Shown: piece by piece, positions 1-6,662 of the stretch | Layout of the letters: every line of letters begins with the position of its first letter | How positions within the stretch are numbered: the stretch's first letter is position 1 | IMG/VR virus record: IMGVR_UViG_3300045988_043313 | Location: 1-45,977 of that record | Length of the DNA stretch: 45,977 nt | From: a virus | Direction: 5' to 3' (one strand) | Notes under the pieces: generated by a model | Databases searched by the model: none | The model's input: the letters and a program-made list of their open reading frames with translations, nothing else | What the model was told of the DNA's origin: nothing | Translations under genes and position numbers: made by a program

Positions 1-77
1 TATAGTTATAGAAAGTCATAGAGTAAGTTATAGAAAGTCATAGAGTAAGTTATAGAAAGTCATAGAGTAAGTTATAG
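1..77. repeat. 22-bp tandem direct repeat array (GTTATAGAAAGTCATAGAGTAA x3 plus a 7-nt partial unit)
   Basis: Identical units at 5-26, 27-48 and 49-70, with a partial unit at 71-77. A TYATAGA core recurs about every 11 bp (6, 16, 28, 38, 50, 60, 72). The array sits between terminator 45881-45913 (across the circular junction) and the RBS of CDS 90. Confidence 0.95.
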
Positions 78-89
78 GAGGTGTGCAAG

Positions 90-560
90 ATGGCATTATA
101 TAACAATCCTTATCAATATAGTTTTGGCGTTCCAGGACAGATGAATCAGTTCCAGCAACAGCCTGTCCAGATTCCAGCTCAACCAGTACAGCAACCACAG
201 CAGAATAATAATGGTATTTTGTGGGTATCCGGCGAAGTTGGTGCAAAATCCTATCTGGTAGCACCCGGGACAAGTGTTTTACTAATGGATTCAGAATCAG
301 AGAAATTTTATATAAAATCCACAGACGTATCCGGCATGCCGCAGCCACTGCGAACGTTTGAATACAACGAGGTAGGCTCTCAGATGCCGCCTAAACAGAC
401 TGTTCAGAACATGGACAGTAAATACGTCACCAGACAGGAATACGACGATTTAAAGGGCAAATACGAAGCTATCATAAACCGATTAAATTCTTTTTCTGAA
501 CCTGTTAGGGCTAATACCGTGCAGGAATCAGCAAACAAGGGAGGAAATGCAGATGAGTAA
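90..560 (+). CDS. Hypothetical protein with a Gln/Pro-rich N-terminus, a beta-rich core and a C-terminal coiled-coil-like segment
   Basis: AGGAGG at 76-81 lies 8 nt before ATG 90. The ORF-track start at 81 is GTG and too close to the RBS. No recognisable catalytic motif. Confidence 0.7.
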   Translation: MALYNNPYQYSFGVPGQMNQFQQQPVQIPAQPVQQPQQNNNGILWVSGEVGAKSYLVAPGTSVLLMDSESEKFYIKSTDVSGMPQPLRTFEYNEVGSQMPPKQTVQNMDSKYVTRQEYDDLKGKYEAIINRLNSFSEPVRANTVQESANKGGNADE

Positions 561-774
561 TCCATTATTTAACACACTTGGCGGTGGGATGCCACAGGGA
601 AACGGACCAATGCAGATGATACAGCAGTTTATGCAGTTTAAGCAGAATTTTAAAGGAGATCCGAAAGCAGAAGTTGAGAAAATGCTACAGTCTGGAAGGA
701 TTTCACAGCAACAGCTTAATCAGGTTCAGCAGATGGCAGGGCAGTTCCAGCACATGCTGAAAGGAATGAAATAG
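553..774 (+). CDS. Small Gln/Met-rich hypothetical protein (73 aa)
   Basis: GGAGG at 540-544 lies 8 nt before ATG 553. The ORF overlaps the end of the upstream gene, suggesting coupling. Confidence 0.6.
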   Translation: MSNPLFNTLGGGMPQGNGPMQMIQQFMQFKQNFKGDPKAEVEKMLQSGRISQQQLNQVQQMAGQFQHMLKGMK

Positions 775-827
775 TACATTACAATCTGGCCAGATTGATG
801 TAAATATACAATAAAGGAGATTATATT

Positions 828-1607
828 ATGGATGGAAATTATAGCTTAGCAGATATTGCCGCTGCTACTGGAAACGGTAGAAATAATGACGGCATGTTTG
901 GTGGAGATGGTAGCTGGTGGATTATTGTTTTATTCATTTTTGCTTTCTTCGGATGGGGAAACAACGGCTGGGGCAATAATGGAAACGGCGGTGGATATGC
1001 AGCCACAGCAGCTACTCAGGCAGACATCCAGAGAGGATTTGACAATTCCGCTGTGATTAGCAAACTTGACGGAATCAATAACGGTCTCTGTGACGGATTC
1101 TATTCAATGAACAATGGTATGCTTACCGGATTCAACGGAATCAACACAAACATCATGCAGACTGGTTTCGGCATTCAGCAGGCTATTAACGCTGACACTG
1201 TAGCAAATATGCAGAATACCAATGCACTCCAGGCACAGCTTGCGAACTGTTGCTGCGAAACCAGAGAAGCAATTCAGGGCGTAAACTACAATATGGCGCA
1301 GAACACCTGTGCATTACAGAACACCATGAACAGCAACACAAGAGATATCATTGACAGCCAGAACGCTGGGACAAGAGCCATTCTCGACTATCTTTGCAAT
1401 GAAAAGATTTCTAACCTGCAGGCTGAAAATAACGACCTCAGACGTGCTGCTTCTCAGGACCGCCAGAGCGCACTTCTCACAACTGCAATGGCTTCACAGA
1501 CACAGCAGCTCATTAATGCGATTAATCCGGCACCGATTCCGGCATATCAGGTTCCTAATCCGAACACATTTTACGGATGCGGATGCAACACTGGATGTAA
1601 TTGCTGA
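828..1607 (+). CDS. Hypothetical membrane-anchored protein with a Gly/Asn-rich region, Asn/Gln-rich body, CCC motif and Cys-rich tail
   Basis: AAAGGAG RBS. Hydrophobic segment WWIIVLFIFAFFGW flanked by GWGNNGWGNNGNGGG. Internal ANCCCETRE. C-terminus YGCGCNTGCNC. Confidence 0.75.
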   Translation: MDGNYSLADIAAATGNGRNNDGMFGGDGSWWIIVLFIFAFFGWGNNGWGNNGNGGGYAATAATQADIQRGFDNSAVISKLDGINNGLCDGFYSMNNGMLTGFNGINTNIMQTGFGIQQAINADTVANMQNTNALQAQLANCCCETREAIQGVNYNMAQNTCALQNTMNSNTRDIIDSQNAGTRAILDYLCNEKISNLQAENNDLRRAASQDRQSALLTTAMASQTQQLINAINPAPIPAYQVPNPNTFYGCGCNTGCNC

Positions 1608-1670
1608 TAACTTCATATCGAGAGTATCTTTCGATTGATTCGGATGTCGGCTTATGCCGTATTACACAGA

Positions 1671-1694
1671 GGGCAGGCTGAGACCTGTCCTTTT
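1671..1694 (+). terminator. Rho-independent terminator/attenuator inside the accessory operon
   Basis: 7-bp stem GGGCAGG/CCTGTCC (one G.U pair), 6-nt loop, then TTTT. Confidence 0.6.
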
Positions 1695-1716
1695 GTGATA
1701 TGAAAGGAGTATTTTT

Positions 1717-2139
1717 ATGGCAGAATTTACAAATGTAGCTGCTCAGACTGTAGCAGCAAATGGAAACGTAGTATTTTCAAACACAGCAGTCAAAGGTTCT
1801 AACTGCATTCAACACAGGGAGGGAAGTGGAATCATTACGCTGAGAGGACTTACTAACCAGTGCAAGGCTAGATTTTTCGTGGACTTCTCTGGTAATATTG
1901 CAATTCCAACAGGTGGTACTGTCGGGGCTATCTCTCTGGCTATTGCAATATCTGGTGAGCCGGTTCTTTCTTCTCAGATGATTTCCACGCCGGCAGCAGT
2001 AGACCAGTACAACAATGTGTCCTCTGGCATCTATATTGATGTACCTCGTGGATGTTGCGTTAATATTGCAGTAGAGAACACAAGCGATCAGGCGATTTCT
2101 GTTGCGAACGCAAATATTGTTGTGACCAGAGAAGCGTAG
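1717..2139 (+). CDS. BclA-C-terminal-like (C1q/TNF-like jelly-roll) protein, putative
   Basis: 140 aa, AAAGGAG RBS. The beta-rich sequence pattern (NVAAQTVAANGNVVF...ITLRG...VDFSGNIAIP...IVVTR) resembles small exosporium BclA C-terminal-domain-like proteins of Firmicutes. Assignment is by eye only. Confidence 0.45.
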   Translation: MAEFTNVAAQTVAANGNVVFSNTAVKGSNCIQHREGSGIITLRGLTNQCKARFFVDFSGNIAIPTGGTVGAISLAIAISGEPVLSSQMISTPAAVDQYNNVSSGIYIDVPRGCCVNIAVENTSDQAISVANANIVVTREA

Positions 2140-2150
2140 GAGGTGTGATT

Positions 2151-2705
2151 ATGAGAGACATTAAGGATTTATGTGCAAGAATTGAAGACGAACTGTCCAA
2201 AATTGCTGACAGTGGACTGACTACCGGAAATCTGGAAATGACATACAAACTGATTGATATGTACAAAGATATCAAGAATACGTATTACTGGGACAAGAAA
2301 GTGGAATATTACAACACTGTCCTTGATGAGATGCGTAGCGGCTACAATGACGATTACAGCGAACGTGGAAGAAAGCGTGACAGCATGGGGAGATACAGCG
2401 CAAATGACGGCAGAATGATGCCAGATTACGACCGGGGCAGTTCTTATGCCAGACGTGGTGAGCATTATGTTAGAGGGCATTACAGCCGTTCTGACGGACG
2501 AGATGCTTATGACGACTACATGACGCAGAAACAAAGCTATCGTTCCGGCAAGTCTGAGGACTGCAAAAGAAAGATGCTCGCCGCTCTAGAAGAACATCTG
2601 GACGAACTCACTACAGAAATGAGCGATATGTCCAAGGACGCAGAGTGCCGGGAGGAACGTGATCTTGTCAAAAGATACGTGGAAAAACTCCGTGATATGC
2701 TCTAA
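2151..2705 (+). CDS. Hypothetical protein with helical ends and an Arg/Asp/Tyr/Ser-rich low-complexity centre
   Basis: AGGAGG at 2138-2143 lies 7 nt before ATG 2151. No recognisable domain. Confidence 0.65.
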   Translation: MRDIKDLCARIEDELSKIADSGLTTGNLEMTYKLIDMYKDIKNTYYWDKKVEYYNTVLDEMRSGYNDDYSERGRKRDSMGRYSANDGRMMPDYDRGSSYARRGEHYVRGHYSRSDGRDAYDDYMTQKQSYRSGKSEDCKRKMLAALEEHLDELTTEMSDMSKDAECREERDLVKRYVEKLRDML

Positions 2706-2709
2706 TTGG

Positions 2710-2754
2710 CTAAAACATGTACCACAACTTTTTGAAGGTTCTGTGATACAATAT
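2710..2754 (+). promoter_or_regulatory. Conserved box + extended -10 promoter, copy 1
   Basis: CTAAAACATGTACCACAACTTTT, then 11 nt, then TGATACAATAT (TG-n-TACAAT). The same architecture and spacing occur at 37968 and 43670. Confidence 0.65.
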
Positions 2755-2759
2755 ATTCG

Positions 2760-3072
2760 TAGGGAAGATTTGTAAGCAGAAATGCTTGACATAGACATTT
2801 TTATTGCTTTCCTCCTTTCTTTAAGCAGATGCGTGTCCTTAATAGAAACAGGTTCGGGGTGGAATCTGGAGGTTGAAAAGCGGATGCAATTTCCGACACG
2901 TATCATTGCCGCTAGTGCATGGCGGAATATCTCCTTGTGAGCATATAACTGAACAGTGAAATCCAACCCGTGCAGAGGTGCGCGACCGTATAGGCGGTGT
3001 TGACGTAGCCCGAACGTCCCGTGTTTAGGCATAGCACGTAAAATACCTTGCTAACCCGGGAATCCGGGTTAA
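2760..3072 (+). ncRNA. Candidate structured non-coding RNA / long structured leader
   Basis: No credible ORF or RBS. GAAA-tetraloop hairpin 2774-2787. Long-range helix 2806-2815 with 2868-2881. Hairpins at 2909-2925, 2985-2998, 3002-3018, 3020-3038 and a strong one at 3053-3070. Lies downstream of the promoter box and abuts a tRNA. Confidence 0.4.
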
Positions 3073-3144
3073 GGCAGGATGGAGAAGTGGAATCTCACAA
3101 GGTTCATACCCTTGAGAACGGCGGTTCGAATCCGTCTCCTGCAA
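3073..3144 (+). tRNA. tRNA with CAU anticodon (Met/fMet or Ile2 type), no encoded CCA
   Basis: Full hand-folded cloverleaf. Acceptor 3073-3079/3137-3143 with a G1.A72 mismatch. U8. D stem GAGA/TCTC with a GG loop. Anticodon stem CAAGG/CCTTG, loop TTCATAC. 5-nt variable loop. T arm GGCGG-TTCGAAT-CCGTC. Confidence 0.75.
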
Positions 3145-3262
3145 TTAATTTGGTCGGAATTACGCTGTCTGTATACAGGCGGTCTATGATTCGGCTGAAT
3201 TTATCTCATGAGAAAAGGTTATTGCTTATCCTGCTATCTGGTGTCCAGACCGAAAAGCATAA

Positions 3263-3336
3263 TGGAATGTAGCTCAGTTGGGAGAGCGGAGGACGCATAG
3301 TCCTTGACGTCGGTGGTTCGAGTCCACCCTTTCCGA
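3263..3336 (+). tRNA. Non-canonical tRNA-like gene, CAU anticodon
   Basis: D arm GCTC-AGTTGGGA-GAGC and T arm GGTGG-TTCGAGT-CCACC are canonical. The acceptor has U1.G72 and a U.U mismatch, the anticodon loop is CGCATAG (G at position 33), and the variable loop is 6 nt. Confidence 0.45.
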
Positions 3337-3414
3337 TTACCCTGCCAGTGGTCTAACTGGCTTAATCCACTTACCTGCGGCGGCAGGTCAATAAACACGA
3401 CCAGGAGGATGTAT

Positions 3415-4047
3415 ATGCAGAAACTTATTGACACATTAAAATCATTTGGAATTGAAATCCCGGAGGACAAACAGGCAGATGTGAAAAAGGCGCTCTCAGA
3501 ACATTATAAGAACGCCAAAGAAGTAGCGAAAACCCTGTCAAAAGTCGAGGGAGAACGCGATGACTGGAAAGAACGTGCTGAAACAGCAGAGGAGACCTTA
3601 AAAGGTTTTGACGGTATCGACCCGGCGAACATTCAGACAGAGCTTGCTAGATGGAAGAAAAAAGCTGAGGATGCAGAGAAAGAATTCAATGCAAAAATTT
3701 ACGACCGTGATTTCTCAGATGCTCTGAAAGCGGCACTCGATGATGTTAAGTTTTCCAGCGAAGCTGCAAAGAAATCAGTTATGGCAGACATTAAAGAAGC
3801 AGGATTGAAGCTGAAAGACGGTAAAATCCTTGGACTGAACGACCTGATTGAGCAGATGAAACAGTCTGACGCATCTGCTTTCGTGGACGAATCTCAGCAG
3901 CAGGCTCAGCAGAACCAGGCAAGATTTACCACTCACGTTGGACAGCAGCAGACACCGGGAAACATGACTAAAAAAGATATCGAAGCAATCAAAGACCCGT
4001 CCGAGAGACAGGCCGCAATCGCTCAGAATATCCAGTTATTCCAGTGA
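3415..4047 (+). CDS. Scaffolding protein (GP20-like minor structural protein)
   Basis: AGGAGG at 3403-3408 lies 6 nt before ATG 3415. Highly charged, helical, coiled-coil sequence directly upstream of the capsid gene. Confidence 0.75.
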   Translation: MQKLIDTLKSFGIEIPEDKQADVKKALSEHYKNAKEVAKTLSKVEGERDDWKERAETAEETLKGFDGIDPANIQTELARWKKKAEDAEKEFNAKIYDRDFSDALKAALDDVKFSSEAAKKSVMADIKEAGLKLKDGKILGLNDLIEQMKQSDASAFVDESQQQAQQNQARFTTHVGQQQTPGNMTKKDIEAIKDPSERQAAIAQNIQLFQ

Positions 4048-4123
4048 TTTTTTACACCGACTATACGTTAGAGTATAGCCGCTAACCCAATACCTTAACA
4101 ATTATGGGTAGAAAGGATTTTTT

Positions 4124-5293
4124 ATGCCAGCAAAAACAAATCTTATTATGACTAATGATATTCATGTCACAGCACGTGAGATTGACTTTGTTACCAGATT
4201 CGAAAGAAACTGGCAGCACTTACGTGATATTCTGGGTATCATGAGACCTATCAAAAAGCAGCCGGGTGCTGTACTCAAGTCCAAATACGCAGAGGGTACT
4301 TTACAGAGCGGAAAAGTTGGTGAGGGTGAGGAAATCCCTTACAGCAAATTCGTTGTAAAAGAAAAGGACTATGCGGAAATGACTATCGAGAAGTACGCAA
4401 AGGCTGTGTCTATCGAAGCAATCAAGGATCACGGTTACGAGAACGCTGTTCAGATGACCGATGATGAATTCCTTTTCCAGCTTCAGACTGATGTTACCGG
4501 CAGATTCTATGACTATCTGAAAACCGGTACACTTACTTCCACAGAAACAACATTCCAGATGGCTCTGGCAATGGCTAAGGGTCGAGTAGAAAACAAATTC
4601 AAGCAGATGCACAGAAATGTGACTGGTGTTGTTGGATTTGTGAATATTCTGGACGTATATGAATATCTCGGAGCAGCTGAGATTACTATTCAGAACCAGT
4701 TCGGATTCCAGTATATGAAGGATTTTATGGGATTCAACACAATCTTTTTACTGTCTGACAGCGAAATCCCGAGAGGACAGGTTATTGCTACTCCTGTTGA
4801 GAACATTGTCCTGTACTATGTAGACCCGAACGAATCTGACTTCGCAAGAGCAGGACTTGTATACACCGTATCTGGTGAGACAAACCTGATCGGATTCCAC
4901 ACTCAGGGCAACTACCACACAGCAGTGTCCGAAGCGTTTGCGGTTATGGGACTGACTCTTTTTGCAGAATACATTGACGCAATCGCAGTAATTACCATTG
5001 ATGAAACACCAACACTTGGTACCCTGACAGTAACATCTGCAGCTGGAACAGCAACTGGTGATACGAAAATCACTGTAAATCCGGCTAAGGAAAATGCTAA
5101 CAACGTATATAAATACAAAGTTGCAACAGACGCAGTAACTGTTGGATATGGACAGAATCTCAGAAACTGGAGTACTTGGGACGGAAAATCTGATATCACA
5201 GCGGCAACCGGACAGAAGATCACAGTGGTTGAGTGTGACGGAACATACAAAGCGCTGAATGCCGGAAGTGCAAGCGTAACAGCAAAATCATAA
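4124..5293 (+). CDS. Major capsid protein with C-terminal Ig-like (Big_2-like) domain
   Basis: 389 aa, positioned after the scaffold gene. The C-terminal ~95 aa (TLTVTSAAGTATGDTKITV...) look like a bacterial Ig-like domain. Confidence 0.85.
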   Translation: MPAKTNLIMTNDIHVTAREIDFVTRFERNWQHLRDILGIMRPIKKQPGAVLKSKYAEGTLQSGKVGEGEEIPYSKFVVKEKDYAEMTIEKYAKAVSIEAIKDHGYENAVQMTDDEFLFQLQTDVTGRFYDYLKTGTLTSTETTFQMALAMAKGRVENKFKQMHRNVTGVVGFVNILDVYEYLGAAEITIQNQFGFQYMKDFMGFNTIFLLSDSEIPRGQVIATPVENIVLYYVDPNESDFARAGLVYTVSGETNLIGFHTQGNYHTAVSEAFAVMGLTLFAEYIDAIAVITIDETPTLGTLTVTSAAGTATGDTKITVNPAKENANNVYKYKVATDAVTVGYGQNLRNWSTWDGKSDITAATGQKITVVECDGTYKALNAGSASVTAKS

Positions 5294-5311
5294 ATGTAGG
5301 AGGTAACTGGC

Positions 5312-5806
5312 ATGGCTTATGCAGATTATAAATTCTATACAGAATCATTCGGTAATGTCGTGCCAGAAACTGACTTTCCACGACTGGCAGAAAGAGCCAG
5401 TGATTTCGTGGACACAATGACATTTGACAGGTTGGTGGACGGACTGCCGACAAACGAACGTTCACAGAAGCGTATCAAAAAGGCAGTCTGTTCATTGGCT
5501 GAATTAATGTATCAGATTGAGCTTGCTGAGAAGAATGCTACCAATGCCGCTGTGAGCGGTACATCAACCGCAATCGGGTCTGGTGGTAGCACGACAGGAA
5601 TTGTAACATCTGTATCATCCGGCAGCGAATCCATCTCTTACGCAACGCCTCAGCAGAAAGCATCGGGCGCAAAGGAGTGGAGTGCGGTGTATGCCGCCAC
5701 CGGAGATGTACAGAAAACGAATGACTTACTTTACAAGACGGCTTTGCCGCTTCTGATGGGAGTAAGGACGGATGAAGGAGTACCAATTTTATATGCAGGA
5801 GTGTAA
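5312..5806 (+). CDS. Head-tail connector (gp6-like DNA-packaging/adaptor) protein
   Basis: The N-terminus YADYKFYTESF...ETDFPRLAERASDFVD is typical of this family, and the gene follows the capsid gene. Confidence 0.6.
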   Translation: MAYADYKFYTESFGNVVPETDFPRLAERASDFVDTMTFDRLVDGLPTNERSQKRIKKAVCSLAELMYQIELAEKNATNAAVSGTSTAIGSGGSTTGIVTSVSSGSESISYATPQQKASGAKEWSAVYAATGDVQKTNDLLYKTALPLLMGVRTDEGVPILYAGV

Positions 5807-5808
5807 CT

Positions 5809-6642
5809 ATGGCTAATTATGGCGTGCCGTATAAGGGCAGTAAAAATAAAATTGCAAAGCAAATTATTGATTTCTTACCTTCCGGCGGTACGTTATATGA
5901 TTTATTCGCAGGCGGTTGCGCAATCACACATTGCGCTATGGAATCTGGAAAATATGACAGGTATATCGTTAATGATATTGAACCAGGAATTACTCAACTT
6001 TTCATTGATGCAGTTAACGGGAAATATGCAAATGAAAAAAGATGGATTAGCCGAGAAGATTTTTTTAAATTAAAAGAATCAGATCCATATGTAAAATATT
6101 GTTGGAGTTTTGGAAACAATGGACGCGATTATCTTTATTCAAAAGCAATAGAACCATTAAAAAAACATCTTCACAATATATTTTTTGCAGAAAATTTGCA
6201 GGAAGCAAGGCTTGAATGGAAAGCGTTTATTAGAGATTTTTGCACAAGCAAACAAAGTCTGCAAAGTCTGCAAAGTTTGCAAAGTCTGCAAAGTTTGGAA
6301 AGGCTGCAAAGTTTGCAAAGTCTGCAAAGTTTGGAAAGGCTGGAAAGGCTTTGTACGGACTACGGAAATATAAGAATAGAGTCAGATGCTGTAATTTACT
6401 GTGATATTCCATATAAAAATACAAACAGATATGGAGATGAAAAAGCAGAATTTGACTATAACTCTTTTTATGACTGGGCTTGTTCACAGAACGTTCCTGT
6501 ATTTATATCGGAGTACGATATGCCAGAAGATAGATTTGAATGCGTACTTGAAATGAAAAAGCAATCTTGCATGGCTGCTACAAAAACGCTTTCAGTAACT
6601 GAGAAATTATATATTCCTAGGAAGAAAGGAAAGATAAAATGA
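5809..6642 (+). CDS. DNA N6-adenine methyltransferase (Dam-like, D12 class)
   Basis: N-terminal YKGSKNK, SAM motif DLFAGG, and catalytic DIPY (a DPPY variant) near residue 200. AT-rich compared with its neighbours. Confidence 0.8.
   Translation: MANYGVPYKGSKNKIAKQIIDFLPSGGTLYDLFAGGCAITHCAMESGKYDRYIVNDIEPGITQLFIDAVNGKYANEKRWISREDFFKLKESDPYVKYCWSFGNNGRDYLYSKAIEPLKKHLHNIFFAENLQEARLEWKAFIRDFCTSKQSLQSLQSLQSLQSLERLQSLQSLQSLERLERLCTDYGNIRIESDAVIYCDIPYKNTNRYGDEKAEFDYNSFYDWACSQNVPVFISEYDMPEDRFECVLEMKKQSCMAATKTLSVTEKLYIPRKKGKIK
6253..6351 (+). repeat. In-frame 9-bp tandem repeat tract (11 units) inside the methyltransferase gene
   Basis: Units are CAAAGTCTG/CAAAGTTTG (QSL) and GAAAGGCTG (ERL). They are in frame with the CDS and lie between the SAM motif and DIPY. 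Confidence 0.95.
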
Positions 6643-6662
6643 AAGCAGGAGGTACCTGAATA

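Noticed and set aside
2586-3470. ORFs 2586-3032 (-), 3048-3272 (+) and 3234-3470 (-) in the non-coding island
   Set aside because: They have no RBS and run across the tRNA-like structures. The translation ALPTELHS is the usual artefact of reading a tRNA backwards. The region is better explained as RNA genes or a leader.
6185-6487. Alternate-frame ORFs (KVCKVCKV..., FADFANFA...) and a possible CRISPR-like array at the 9-bp repeats
   Set aside because: The units are contiguous with no spacers and are in frame with a methyltransferase that has intact motifs on both sides. They are a coding microsatellite, not a CRISPR array or separate genes.
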